Shown here piece by piece: positions 37,515-47,871 of a DNA stretch of 51,375 nt. Both the position numbers and the translations under genes were made by a program. The stretch lies in assembly GCA_943350175.1 (NCBI GenBank), contig CALQZX010000006.1:1-51375 (forward strand), read 5' to 3'. The stretch's first letter is position 1, and the number at the start of each line of letters is the position of its first letter. The stretch is from Parcubacteria group bacterium. GTDB taxonomy: Bacteria; Patescibacteriota; Microgenomatia; UBA1400; PJMF01. The notes beneath the pieces were generated by a model. The model did no database searches and was not told the DNA's origin. It was given only the letters and a program-made list of their open reading frames with translations.

Positions 37515-38114
37515 TCATTCTTTATTTGTTTTCTTGTTTCTTTGGAATTCAAATCCACCAGGCAGCTTAAGAATTGATGAATACGGAACTATAGAAATAC
37601 CAACGATGACTACTATTATCCCCAGTCGCTCAACAGTTAACAAATAACTACCATTGAAATCAGCAATTAAAATAAAAATTAGACATAATATAAATGCATA
37701 GCATTGATATTTTAAGAAATCTGTCTTTTGTTTTAATTCAACTTTCTTATTATATTTTGAAATTGCCTGCAAAGTTTCGATAGCAGGAATTGAGCCAACT
37801 TTTTCTAGAGAGTCATCTTTAACTCTATATAAAACTATTTTTCCCGCTTCTTTAGAGATTGCGTATTTAGAAACTGACCTTCCAATCAATTTGTCATAAT
37901 CATTGAGCTGCCTTACAACGTTTTTACTATCTTTAATTCCATGACTCTTTACTTCAAAAATAGCTAATATGTCACCACTATCCTTACTTACAATTGCCAA
38001 GTCAGCATTTTTATTTGGAGAGATACTGAGTCCAATAACAAATTCATCCTCAGGGAAACCATTTTTAATTAAGTGATTTTTAAATGTTTCTATTAAGGTT
38101 GAGTCTTCGTTCAT
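37515..38114 (-). CDS. PD-(D/E)xK (HsdR-N-like) nuclease-fold domain fused to two C-terminal TM helices
   Basis: ...NADLAIVSKDSGDILAIFEVKSHG... is a D-x(n)-E-x-K core like type I restriction R-subunit N-terminal domains. The C-terminus has YQCYAFILCLIFILIADF and LGIIVVIVGISIVPY. Confidence 0.55.
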   Translation of the reverse strand: MNEDSTLIETFKNHLIKNGFPEDEFVIGLSISPNKNADLAIVSKDSGDILAIFEVKSHGIKDSKNVVRQLNDYDKLIGRSVSKYAISKEAGKIVLYRVKDDSLEKVGSIPAIETLQAISKYNKKVELKQKTDFLKYQCYAFILCLIFILIADFNGSYLLTVERLGIIVVIVGISIVPYSSILKLPGGFEFQRNKKTNKE

Positions 38115-38132
38115 ATTTATAAATCTACTCTT

Positions 38133-38468
38133 TTAGTACAATCTTCCACCAATCACCGCCTTTTCGTCATCAGGCTTTATCAAGATCACTTCCCCGTTTT
38201 CATCTGGCACTCCAAGAGTCAAGACTTCAGACATGAAGTGACCGATTTGACAGGGAGGAAAATTTACCACACCAAGCACTAAACGACCAACTAATTCCTC
38301 CTTGGTGTAATGAGTGACGATTTGAGCCGAAGACTCCTTAAGTCCAATCTCCGGCCCAAAATCTATCCTTAATTTATAGGCAGGCTTGCGTGCCTCTGGG
38401 AAATCCATAGCCTCAACTATCTTTCCCACTCTAATGTCCAATTTCAAAAAATCGTCCAAGCTTGCCAT
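38133..38468 (-). CDS. csaA: tRNA-binding domain protein (CsaA/YgjH, EMAP-II-like OB fold)
   Basis: FLKLDIRVGKIVEAMDFPEARKPAYKLRIDFGPEIGLKESSAQIV..Y..EELVGRLVLGVVNFPP.QIG.FMSEVL is typical CsaA. Confidence 0.85.
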   Translation of the reverse strand: MASLDDFLKLDIRVGKIVEAMDFPEARKPAYKLRIDFGPEIGLKESSAQIVTHYTKEELVGRLVLGVVNFPPCQIGHFMSEVLTLGVPDENGEVILIKPDDEKAVIGGRLY

Positions 38469-38493
38469 TTAAATTTTCCCTAACTTTTAATTT

Positions 38494-38976
38494 CTAAAGT
38501 GCCTCGTCTTCTACTTCACCCTCGGCATAAACTACTGCCTCAATTACGCTGCTGTAAGAAAACAATTCGTCAGCGTTAAAAACAATACCAATCTCGCGCT
38601 CGGCATCGGTGTTATTTGAAGAAGCGTGAATCAAATTCATTTGTTGACTCATACCAAAATCGCCGCGGATCGAACCACCCTCAGCCTCACGACCTAGAGT
38701 TGTACCGACTAATTTACGCACCACTGGAACGACGTCAATGCCTTCCCAAGCCATAGCTACAATTGGCATCGAAGACATAAAACTCTTCAAATCCTTGAAG
38801 AAACTCTTCTCGCGATGTTCCATATACCATTGGTCGAGCATACCTTCGCTCATATTCACCATCTTGAGACCCACCAATTTCAAGCCTTTGCGCTCAAAAC
38901 GGGCGATAATCTCACCAATCAAGCCTCTTTGCAAACCATCCGGTTTGACTAAGACAGCTGTTCTAGTCAATTTCAT
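38494..38976 (-). CDS. ndk: Nucleoside diphosphate kinase
   Basis: RTAVLVKPDGLQRGLIGEIIARFERKGLKLVGLKM..., GTTLGREAEGGSIRGDFG and NLIHASS (active-site His). Confidence 0.9.
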   Translation of the reverse strand: MKLTRTAVLVKPDGLQRGLIGEIIARFERKGLKLVGLKMVNMSEGMLDQWYMEHREKSFFKDLKSFMSSMPIVAMAWEGIDVVPVVRKLVGTTLGREAEGGSIRGDFGMSQQMNLIHASSNNTDAEREIGIVFNADELFSYSSVIEAVVYAEGEVEDEAL

Positions 38977-39132
38977 TTTCTTGCCTTTCTTTTAATTTTT
39001 AATAATTTTTACTACCATCTAAATATAAAGCAATCTATAAAAGTATATCAAATGATTCTCTTTTCTCTTTCGGATCACTAACTGGCTCAAATTTTCTGTA
39101 CTTTAATATAAACTAATATATCAAAACATAAA

Positions 39133-40473
39133 TTAAGACATCGCTAAACGGATCTTTTCTTCGTTTTTAAAGTTGCCAATGATTGCCAAACGCAACTCAC
39201 CATCTCTCACAATTTCTGCAGCTACCCGCTCCAAATCGTCAATTGTGACAGCGTCCATATTTTTCAAAGCATCTTCCACAGAAATCATTTCATTACGCAA
39301 CAATTTCCTGATGCCAAAAAACTGCGCCACACTATTACTACCCTCTAAACTCAGCAATGTCTTACCTCTTAGGTATTCTTTGGCTCTTGCAAGCTCTTTA
39401 GAGCCAATTTTCGCCTTCTCACGCAGCAAGTCAGTAAAAACTGCCTTGCTAACTTTAATCGCCTCTTCTGCACGGTTACGATCAACTCCAGCACTACAGC
39501 CAAAAACACCGGTGTCATGGAAAAAATCTAAGTCTGAATTGACATAATAAGCCAGACCAAGCTCTTCTCTAACTTTGCTAAATAAGCGAGAACTCATGTT
39601 GCCGCCGACAATCGTCGAAAGCACTTGCAACGTATATCTATCAGCGTGATTGGTGTGCAAAGCCGGCCAAGCCATCAGAAAATGAGCCTGCTCGGTATCT
39701 TTGTTGACTAGTCTAAATTTATCATTTGAAAAACTTTCCAAGCCTATGCTGGCTGGACCGGTTGCTGAGGTAGTTGGATATGGATTCTTAAAATCAGCTC
39801 GCTCGTCTTCCAATTTGGCCGATGCGGTTTCTATTTGAATCAATAGTTCAGCTTCGCTTTTGGCCAAATCCTTCAACCCTCCTGCTATCACCAAGATTAA
39901 ATTCTCTGGACCATAGAATCTCTTGAGAAATGATTTGAAATCTGCAGTGTTAAAAGAATTAATGGTTTCTTTGCGACCAATGATCGGATGAGCCAGGTCT
40001 CTACCCTTAAAAATCATTTGTTCAAAAACATCGGCAATGTGTGAAGAAGGATTGTCTGCATACATGTTTAGCTCTTCAACAATCACTCCCTTCTCACGAT
40101 CAATATCTGTTTGTCTAAGCTTAGGTCTAAAAAGCATGTCTGACAAAACGTCTAAAGCTAAGGGGAAATTCGCCGACGCTGACCTAACGTAATAGCCGGT
40201 ATATTCTTTGCTGGTGAAAGCATTGAAGTCTGCGCCAACGCTGTCCAAAGTTTCTGAAATTTCCTTAGCTGTAGAAAATTTATCCGTGCCTTTGAAAACC
40301 ATATGTTCAAAAAAATGAGCCAAACCCTCTTCTTCTTTTTTTTCATAACGGGAGCCAGTGTTTGCCAAAAACATGGTGGTCACTGACTTGCTAGTTTTGA
40401 TGTCTATGAAAATTACGGGAAGCTTGCGCGAGGTCTTTTTGAGTTGAATTTCTTTGTAAGAGACTTGGAACAT
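39133..40473 (-). CDS. M16-family (pitrilysin-like) zinc peptidase
   Basis: GLAHFFEHMVFKGT (HxxEH inverted zinc motif) with the downstream E, and an M16 C-terminal half. The ORF track extends to 40578; the ATG at 40473 gives a family-typical N-terminus. Confidence 0.85.
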   Translation of the reverse strand: MFQVSYKEIQLKKTSRKLPVIFIDIKTSKSVTTMFLANTGSRYEKKEEEGLAHFFEHMVFKGTDKFSTAKEISETLDSVGADFNAFTSKEYTGYYVRSASANFPLALDVLSDMLFRPKLRQTDIDREKGVIVEELNMYADNPSSHIADVFEQMIFKGRDLAHPIIGRKETINSFNTADFKSFLKRFYGPENLILVIAGGLKDLAKSEAELLIQIETASAKLEDERADFKNPYPTTSATGPASIGLESFSNDKFRLVNKDTEQAHFLMAWPALHTNHADRYTLQVLSTIVGGNMSSRLFSKVREELGLAYYVNSDLDFFHDTGVFGCSAGVDRNRAEEAIKVSKAVFTDLLREKAKIGSKELARAKEYLRGKTLLSLEGSNSVAQFFGIRKLLRNEMISVEDALKNMDAVTIDDLERVAAEIVRDGELRLAIIGNFKNEEKIRLAMS

Positions 40474-40987
40474 ATCTTTAATTCTAAGCACTTTTAAGTA
40501 AAAAACTAGTCCCAGAAAAAGGCGAACAAAGAGCGAATAAAATTGAATATATTTTTTACTCTTTGACATGCGGGGCATGTTGTAAAATTAGCATGTTTTA
40601 TGGCAAAAAATTTGTACTCATTTATTTAAAAATGATGGAAAATGACTTAATATGTTAAAAAATATAATTACTGTGAGGCAAAAGAAGATTTGATAACCTC
40701 CACCCTCCACAACTCGCCAAATAATTGGCAAAAAATGATCAACAAAAAATATATTTATTCTCATTCTTTTGACTGAGTGACAATCAAAACGAACAAGATT
40801 TTTAAATAAATGCTCAGCCAAAATTCATATTCTGAACAGTTTTCTACTTGGCTTTTTACAAGAAAAATAGTCAAAGATCTAAATATATTTGCAAAATTTG
40901 TGAAAGTTTGTCATAGTTAAAGCTGTAAATTGGAAGCAAAATCTGCCCGCTTTCTTTTACCAGCCGAAGCTTTTTTAAGCCAAACAT

Positions 40988-41977
40988 TTAAAAAAGATTT
41001 TGTTTTTTGTTCTTTAACCAAAATTTCTGGCCATCGCTCATCATTTCAATTGTGCCCAATTGATCGGTACGCAATACTTGAGCACCAATAGACCGGAAAT
41101 TGTCCAAAATCTCCTCGTTTGGGTGGCCAAATTTATTATTTAAGCCACAGCTAATCAGGGCAATTTCGGGTCTAGATTTAGTCAACAATTCGAGGCTAGA
41201 TGATGTTTTAGACCCATGATGCCCTACTTTTTGCATGCCTACTCTCGCTATCAGTCCGGCACTCACGAGTGCCACTTCCCTGGTGGACTCGAGGTCGCCA
41301 AGCAGAAGCAGTTTCACTTCACCAAAACTAGCAAATATCACTATAGATCCGTTATTATCACTCATTTTAATAGCTAGTTTTTGCCAATCCTCGTCCGATA
41401 ACTCATGTTCGGGTGACTGCCAAGAAAAAGCTTGTGCCGCCTCTAGACTTTTATACTCTTCCAGATCAAAGTCAGTTGGCGTTAAAAATGTCAAAGATAA
41501 GAGAGAATTACTACTATTGTACTTAGCCTGGTGGAGCGAGCTAAATTCAGAAAAAGCAATCTGTTGGCCTAAAAACGGCTCTTTTACAATAGTTCCGAGC
41601 TTCTGCAAGGCAGATACCTGCTCTTTTAACTCGAGAAACGTCTGAGAATCCTTATAATTAGACAGTGGTAAGATTAGATAGGCAATTGAATAAACTTGCG
41701 TTAATTGCTGGAAACCTCCAATGTGATCTTCATCGAAATGCGTCAAAACAAGCACGTCGATTTTTTTATCCCAGAACGGCAGTTGCTTATCCAAACACGA
41801 CAAAACGCTTTCATCGGGACCAGTGTCAATTAGTATTTGCGTAAAACCAAAACTAAGTAGAATCGCGTCGCCTTGTCCCACATCGCACGTCACAACATGC
41901 AAAAAATGGTCGGGCCATTTAAAGAAAATCTCACACACAAAAATCGCCAAAGCACAGAATATAAAAACCGGTTTCAT
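40988..41977 (-). CDS. comEC: ComEC C-terminal metallo-beta-lactamase domain, encoded as a separate ORF
   Basis: VTCDVGQGDAILL...ILIDTGP and VLVLTHFDEDHIGG (HxDxDH), plus ..VGHHGSKTSS.. An N-terminal TM helix is present. Its ATG overlaps the stop of the upstream ComEC membrane ORF (ATGA). Confidence 0.8.
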   Translation of the reverse strand: MKPVFIFCALAIFVCEIFFKWPDHFLHVVTCDVGQGDAILLSFGFTQILIDTGPDESVLSCLDKQLPFWDKKIDVLVLTHFDEDHIGGFQQLTQVYSIAYLILPLSNYKDSQTFLELKEQVSALQKLGTIVKEPFLGQQIAFSEFSSLHQAKYNSSNSLLSLTFLTPTDFDLEEYKSLEAAQAFSWQSPEHELSDEDWQKLAIKMSDNNGSIVIFASFGEVKLLLLGDLESTREVALVSAGLIARVGMQKVGHHGSKTSSSLELLTKSRPEIALISCGLNNKFGHPNEEILDNFRSIGAQVLRTDQLGTIEMMSDGQKFWLKNKKQNLF

Positions 41978-43344
41978 GCAAAAATCCTATATTTATTTTT
42001 TGAGTATCTTTTAGTTTTTAAACGAGCGGTCCAGCAGATAGCTAGCAAGTTAATTAGGATAAATACTGCTGTATATAGTTCTTTATTTTCAATGAAGACG
42101 AAGTTCTTGAAAGGTAATTTTTCCAGTAAATTTATTATTAGAAATAATATATCCAATGTTTTTGATATCATATAAGATAAAATGTGATCAAAAAAAGTGA
42201 CCATAAAAGTGCTAGACAAAAATAACATGATAAATGAAGCTAAAAACAATATAGTCAACAACTCCACCAGAGGTAATACCACAAAATTAGCCAAAATAGA
42301 CAAATAGTTCAATTCAGAAAAATTGAAAATCAAAATAGGGATTAAGAAAAACTGAGCGCAAAAAGTGAGCAAGATATTTTTTAAAAAGTAATTTTTACCT
42401 ATAAATGGCTCTTTTTCCAGGTAATTATATAAAAATATAATGCCAAAACTTGCTAAAAAAGAAAATTGAAAACTCAAGGTTTCAAGATAAAAAGGATTGA
42501 TAGTTAGCATAAAAACAGCGGCCAAATACAAGTTAAAAAGCGATAAAAAAGACCTTTGAATAACAAAAGAGGCATAAAAGGCCAAAGAAAGAGTTAGAAA
42601 GGCTCTTATGGTGGATGCCACTGCTCCCACCAGAGAAAAATAGGCAAATACAATCAAGAAGTACAGCCAAAAAACCTGATTCTTAGTCAAGAGCTTCATC
42701 AAAGGCCTGATAAAAAAGAGGCAAAACTGCAAAAAAATGATGAAGTTAGCCGAGGATGCTGATAAAACATGAAGAATCCCAATAACTTTAAATGAGTGAT
42801 ATGTCTCTCGATCTATCCCAGATACATCTCCGAAGAGTATTCCTTTCACTAGAGGGATACCTCTGGCTCCGACAGTCTCCTCAAGTTTCTCGAGGGAGTC
42901 ATTTCTTTTATGCTCCAAAGCTTTCTGGCCGAGTAAATAGCGATACTCGACCGAATTGTAAGTCTTATGTAATAGATAAATAGATCGATTAATGAGTCTT
43001 TTTAATAAAAAAATGATCTTATCAGTCGAAGCAGTTGCTCTGCTAAGTGATTTACTCTGTTTATCTTTGATATATTCATCGTTTTTGGTCAAAAATGCCT
43101 CACTAGTAGGCTTTGTATCAGCAGTCAAACCACCTTTGTTTGCATTTGCTTCGGTTTTGGGCTTTTTTACTAAAAAAATCACTCCAGGCAGCTTTGGTCG
43201 ATATGTTTCTGATATATTTCGGGTCGTAAATATTACTTGAAAATTTTTAGTAAATATTAAGCTACCTAAAGATATCAATATATAAACTTGTATTTTCCTT
43301 AAATTCTTATAAGTCATCCACCCTTTTGACGCGAAAGCGTCCAC
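41974..43344 (-). CDS. comEC: ComEC/Rec2 integral-membrane competence channel domain
   Basis: GILFGDVSGIDRETYHSFKVIGILHVLSASSANFIIF is the Competence-domain signature and is followed by multiple TM helices. GTG start at 43344, with an alternative ATG at 43317. Confidence 0.8.
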   Translation of the reverse strand: MDAFASKGWMTYKNLRKIQVYILISLGSLIFTKNFQVIFTTRNISETYRPKLPGVIFLVKKPKTEANANKGGLTADTKPTSEAFLTKNDEYIKDKQSKSLSRATASTDKIIFLLKRLINRSIYLLHKTYNSVEYRYLLGQKALEHKRNDSLEKLEETVGARGIPLVKGILFGDVSGIDRETYHSFKVIGILHVLSASSANFIIFLQFCLFFIRPLMKLLTKNQVFWLYFLIVFAYFSLVGAVASTIRAFLTLSLAFYASFVIQRSFLSLFNLYLAAVFMLTINPFYLETLSFQFSFLASFGIIFLYNYLEKEPFIGKNYFLKNILLTFCAQFFLIPILIFNFSELNYLSILANFVVLPLVELLTILFLASFIMLFLSSTFMVTFFDHILSYMISKTLDILFLIINLLEKLPFKNFVFIENKELYTAVFILINLLAICWTARLKTKRYSKNKYRIFA

Positions 43345-43461
43345 CCAGTGATTTATAACAACTAACTCGTGAGAAATTAGACGAGACAGACTTCTTTCTG
43401 CATCTCATCCGCAAGCAATTAATATTTTTTGATATGTTTTTCTTAGCGCAAAGTCCTATAA

Positions 43462-44091
43462 TCATAAGGATATCTGGGCTTTTAAATCGGCTAATAATTT
43501 CTCTGATAGAACCCCCTTACTGACTAACTCTTCCAGATTGGAATACGGCCTATTATCTATAATCGATTGAGCCTTCACTTCACCGACGCCAGATAGGCCC
43601 TGCAGTTGCGTGCTACTTGCTTGATTAATTGAGATTAAATTTGAATTGGAAACTGATGAAGAACTCGGCACCAAGCTAGCAGATTTACTAGCATTTTCAC
43701 CCTCGCTTTGAAATGGAATATAAATTTTATCCTGATTTTTTAGCTCAGTTGCTAGGTTAAGGGTTTTAGCTACATAAGCCTGGTCAGCATCTTTGGTAAA
43801 ACCACTGGCAGAGGCCACCAAATCCGCCACTCTCTGGCCTATTTCCAATTGATAAATTCCTGGCTTCTTCACAGCTCCAGCAACATCTACTCTGATCAAG
43901 CCAAGACTTTCAGCGCCCTTATTTGGAAAAGCCATCTCCGAACAAGAAGGACAGAAACACTCCAAAGTCTGCGAGCTAGCAACCAAAGAGCGAACTGCCA
44001 CTCCTGCCATGTAGCAGCCAATGACAATAAACGATGAGGGAACAAAAATACTTAAAAAGATGATGATTTTTGGCACAGAACCAATTATCAA
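43462..44091 (-). CDS. comEA: ComEA DNA receptor (TM helix, SLBB domain and helix-hairpin-helix)
   Basis: IRVDVAGAVKKPGIYQLEIGQRVADLV...DKIYIP (SLBB), then INQASSTQLQGLSGVGEVKAQSIIDNRPYSNLEEL (HhH). Confidence 0.85.
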   Translation of the reverse strand: MIIGSVPKIIIFLSIFVPSSFIVIGCYMAGVAVRSLVASSQTLECFCPSCSEMAFPNKGAESLGLIRVDVAGAVKKPGIYQLEIGQRVADLVASASGFTKDADQAYVAKTLNLATELKNQDKIYIPFQSEGENASKSASLVPSSSSVSNSNLISINQASSTQLQGLSGVGEVKAQSIIDNRPYSNLEELVSKGVLSEKLLADLKAQISL

Positions 44092-44137
44092 TCAGCAAGA
44101 TTACAAGAAACGTCATCGCCAGCAATTTGCTATTCGC

Positions 44138-46594
44138 TTAAACCACAACCAAGTTGATGATTTTGCCAGGAACGTAGATTTCTTTTTTAATCTCTTTATC
44201 AATCAGCCACTTATTCATTGCCTCAAGGCTTTTGGCTTGGCTTAAAATGGCTTCTTTGTCCTGCAAACGATTAGTTGGCCACTCCATCTGTCCACGTAGC
44301 TTGCCGTTGACCTGAATAGCGATATTTGTAAAGTTCTTTTGGATCAAAGATTCGTCATATTTTGGCCAAGATTCCAGGTGAATGGAATTCTTTGCTGACA
44401 AACCTAGAACTCTAGCCTGATCATAAAGTTCTTCAGATATAAATGGAGCCAAAGGAGCTAAAAGCTTGATGAAAGACAAGATTTCTTCTTTCTCTAAAAG
44501 CAGCTCTGTATCAGAATCCATTTTTTCCCAGACATTACCAAATTCCATCAAGGCGGCGATTGCTGTATTATATTTGAGCTCTGGCAGATCGAGACTTAGC
44601 TTCTGGATGGCCCAGTGGAGTTTTTGCACCAGGTCGGCTCTATCTTCAACCAACTTGAGTTTAAGAGAAGAATCGCCATATTTGGCAATTTCTCGGTTTA
44701 CTAAGCGATAAATCTTGCGTAAAAATCTAGCTACACCAGCGACTGCTCGAGGATTCCACGGCTTGTCTGCTTCCAGAGGTCCCATGAACATCTCGTAAAC
44801 TCTCAAAGTGTCGGCACCATATTCCTTGATAATCTCATCTGGATTGATGACGTTGCCCTTGCTCTTACTCATTTTCTTACCATCTGGGCCGAGAATCATA
44901 CCTTGATGACGCATCTTGGCAAAAGGTTCGCCTGATGGCAGGTCCAAATAACCCTCGTCGCGCAAAAATTTGGTGAAAAACCTTGAGTAAAGCAGATGCA
45001 AAACAATGTGCTCCGGGCCAATTAGATAAAGATTAACCGGCATCCAAGTTTTTAAGTGTTCTTTGTCAGCAAATTGAGATTTGTCTCTGGCACTACAATA
45101 TCGGAGGTAATACCAGCTACTATCCACAAAAGTATCCATAGTGTCGTACTCTGGAGTCCAGCCTTTGCCGTAAAGTTTCTCTACTCTGGCTTTAAATTCT
45201 TTGGAAGAACGAAGTGGCGACTCACCAGTTGGCTTGAAGTCCACATCATCTGGTAAAACCCATGGCAAATGCTCTTCTTTGACCAGATGAGCCTTACCTT
45301 CTGGATCATAAACTACTGGAATAGGTGCGCCCCAATAACGCTGGCGAGAAATCAGCCAGTCGCGGAGTCGATAATTGATGCTCAGGCGAGCAAATTCTGG
45401 ATAAGCAACCAACATTTTTTTCACTGCTGCACTGCTACTTAGACCGTCAAATTCTCCTGAATTAATCAATTTTCCATCAGCCACCACTTCCTTGACCTTA
45501 AGGTTAAATTTCTTGGCAAAAGCAAGGTCGCGCTCATCATGAGCAGGCACAGCCATAATCGCGCCAGTGCCATAACCACCAAGCACGTAATCAGCCACGA
45601 ACAAAGGAATTTCTTCTTGGTTGAATGGGTTAATCACTAGAAGACCTGTGTCTACGCCAGTCTTATCCTTCTCACCAATTTTACGAGTTTCCTCGGTTTT
45701 TTTATAAGCAAGACCAATGTAGTCTTGCACCTTTTGCTGATTTTCTGTTGATAAAAGTTTAATCAGTTTCTTTTGGTCAAATTTCTCTGGAGAGATAACC
45801 ATGAAAGTCGCCCCCAGCACTGTGTCTAAACGCGTGGTGAAAATTGTTAGCTTCTCTGAGGAACCCTTGATGGCAAAATCAGCCTCCGCTCCCTCGCTTC
45901 TGCCAATCCAATTATTTTGCTGGCTCTTGGTAGGAGATGGCCAGTCCACACTCTTGAGACCTTCAATTAGCTCGTCTCTATACTGTGTAATCTTGAAATA
46001 CCATTGTTTGAGATCCTTTTGAATAACTTCACTGTCACAACGCTCACAAAGTCCAGAGACCACTTGTTCATTGGCCAGAACGGTCTGACAAGATGGACAC
46101 CAGTTAACTTTGCCTTCACTCTGGTAAGCCAGACCTTTTTTATAAAGTTGTTGGAAGATCCACTGCGTCCACTTGTAATACTCTGGGTGATTTGTGGCGA
46201 TTTCACTATCCCAATCATAAGAAATAGCTAGTCTTTTGACTTGACTGCGGAAAGTATTGATGGCAGTCTTGGTGGTTTCTCTGGGGTGAATGCCAGTCTT
46301 GATGGCGTAATTCTCTGCCGGCAGACCAAAAGCGTCCCAGCCAACTGGAAAAAATACCTTTTTGCCATTCATGCGTTTGAATCTAGCCTGGATGTCTAGA
46401 GCTGTTTTTGGCTCGACGTGGCCAACGTGAAGACCAGAACCTGAAGGATAAGCGAAAGCGTAAAGCAAGTATTCCTTATCTTTTTTCTCTTCTTCTGCCA
46501 AATTCAAATCACCACCACAAAACAAACGACTGGCTTCCCAAAATTGTAGCCACTTATCTTCCACTGCTTGGTGATCATACTTGTGATCTGGCAT
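44138..46594 (-). CDS. leuS: Leucyl-tRNA synthetase
   Basis: YPSGSGLHVGHV (HIGH), KMSKSKGN (KMSKS), a CP1 editing insertion and a zinc-type CxxC...CxxC motif. Confidence 0.97.
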   Translation of the reverse strand: MPDHKYDHQAVEDKWLQFWEASRLFCGGDLNLAEEEKKDKEYLLYAFAYPSGSGLHVGHVEPKTALDIQARFKRMNGKKVFFPVGWDAFGLPAENYAIKTGIHPRETTKTAINTFRSQVKRLAISYDWDSEIATNHPEYYKWTQWIFQQLYKKGLAYQSEGKVNWCPSCQTVLANEQVVSGLCERCDSEVIQKDLKQWYFKITQYRDELIEGLKSVDWPSPTKSQQNNWIGRSEGAEADFAIKGSSEKLTIFTTRLDTVLGATFMVISPEKFDQKKLIKLLSTENQQKVQDYIGLAYKKTEETRKIGEKDKTGVDTGLLVINPFNQEEIPLFVADYVLGGYGTGAIMAVPAHDERDLAFAKKFNLKVKEVVADGKLINSGEFDGLSSSAAVKKMLVAYPEFARLSINYRLRDWLISRQRYWGAPIPVVYDPEGKAHLVKEEHLPWVLPDDVDFKPTGESPLRSSKEFKARVEKLYGKGWTPEYDTMDTFVDSSWYYLRYCSARDKSQFADKEHLKTWMPVNLYLIGPEHIVLHLLYSRFFTKFLRDEGYLDLPSGEPFAKMRHQGMILGPDGKKMSKSKGNVINPDEIIKEYGADTLRVYEMFMGPLEADKPWNPRAVAGVARFLRKIYRLVNREIAKYGDSSLKLKLVEDRADLVQKLHWAIQKLSLDLPELKYNTAIAALMEFGNVWEKMDSDTELLLEKEEILSFIKLLAPLAPFISEELYDQARVLGLSAKNSIHLESWPKYDESLIQKNFTNIAIQVNGKLRGQMEWPTNRLQDKEAILSQAKSLEAMNKWLIDKEIKKEIYVPGKIINLVVV

Positions 46595-47127
46595 AAAAAT
46601 CCCTTTCTTCTCTCCTGAATTGTATCTCTTTTTATCGAGTAAGGCAATTTGCTAAAAAGAATCCTATAACTTTCATTCTCTCCTTTTACAAAATGGTTAA
46701 ATATTATTGAAAAATGCTCCGAAGCAAATACCAAGCAGTGAACTAATTTTTAACTTAAAAATTAAACACATTCGGTTTGATAAAAAAATTGAACCTGGTT
46801 TTTACCCAAATCTTTTCCAAAGTACTATAATTCAAGACCATAAGTTTTTTATTGCATATTTGACGCTTTATTGACGCAACATCTGGTATAAGTATTAACG
46901 AAAGTATGAATTATTGATTATAAGTGCATCCTATTGTTACTTATTGCTTTGGGTTTTGTATAAAAATAACAGACCCAAAACTGATATGTTTACGGTTATC
47001 TGAAACGAATATAAGGCGAATAAATGTGAATAAGTAGAAATATCAAGCTTTTTTAGACAGTCTCTTTTAAATTTTAAGATCACACTAGATGAAGAATGCT
47101 AGCTTATACAAACAAAAGACGAAAGTC

Positions 47128-47871
47128 CTATATTTTTAGGCACTTTTGGAACTTGGCGAGGATTTTTTTGACGCCTTCTACCTCAGGAAAATAGTAGCTT
47201 AAAATAGCCTCATCAGCCACCAAAACGCTTAAAAATCGATCTAAAGCCGAAAAAAAATTGGAATTTTCTTGCTGAGTGAACGTTTTATTCTCTGCTTTTA
47301 TCCTTATCAGTCGATCAACTTCTTTGCTAATACTTGAGTAGAGCTCAAAATGATCGTTGAGCTGAGCCTTTTGTCCTATAATCTTAAAGTCGTCGCCAAA
47401 GAGCCACTCTGAAACTTTTAAAACTAAAGCAGCATTCTTGTATGTTTTTTGTAGTTCCAGTTGGATTTTTTCAGTAAGTAGTCCAGGTAATAGGTAAACG
47501 GCCCTCGTTAAGCTAATAGCCTTATTTTGAGTCAGGTAAGAGCGCAGATAGCGAAAGTTTTTGTCTGTGATTGGTGCCTCCAAAAAGACGATAATCGACC
47601 AGTCACCCTGCCATTTGTCATGATCTGCCAGAAGAGCCGGAAAAAGGTCTCCTAGGTAGCTTTTGCCGTAGGAACTAAGGCCATATCTCCACTCTGCTTG
47701 AGTTTTATCGATGCGTAAGAAATCTTTTTTATCCAAAAGAAACAAAGAAGATTGGAGTCCCGTTTGGCTAAGCACTGGCACTAGTTGATGAAGTTGCTGA
47801 AAATTAAGCCAAACCAGCTCATTTTCGCTTGGATAAAGGAAAAGCAAAATTCTCTTACTATTTTCTTTCAT
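47128..47871 (-). CDS. PaaX-like / Cas2-fold-containing putative regulator (weak family assignment)
   Basis: WQGDWSIIVFLEAPITDKNFRYLRSYLTQNKAISLTRAVYLLP resembles the PaaX central ferredoxin-like domain (W.g.W.lv.f.ip...R..lr..L...Gf..l..svw..P). Confidence 0.4.
   Translation of the reverse strand: MKENSKRILLFLYPSENELVWLNFQQLHQLVPVLSQTGLQSSLFLLDKKDFLRIDKTQAEWRYGLSSYGKSYLGDLFPALLADHDKWQGDWSIIVFLEAPITDKNFRYLRSYLTQNKAISLTRAVYLLPGLLTEKIQLELQKTYKNAALVLKVSEWLFGDDFKIIGQKAQLNDHFELYSSISKEVDRLIRIKAENKTFTQQENSNFFSALDRFLSVLVADEAILSYYFPEVEGVKKILAKFQKCLKI

Noticed and set aside
40579-40987. The 67-aa ORF at 40618-40821 and possible elements in the 409-nt spacer between the M16 peptidase gene and comEC
   Set aside because: The ORF has a low-complexity, hydrophobic and AT-driven composition, no RBS and no recognisable motif. 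I found no convincing hairpin or terminator there.
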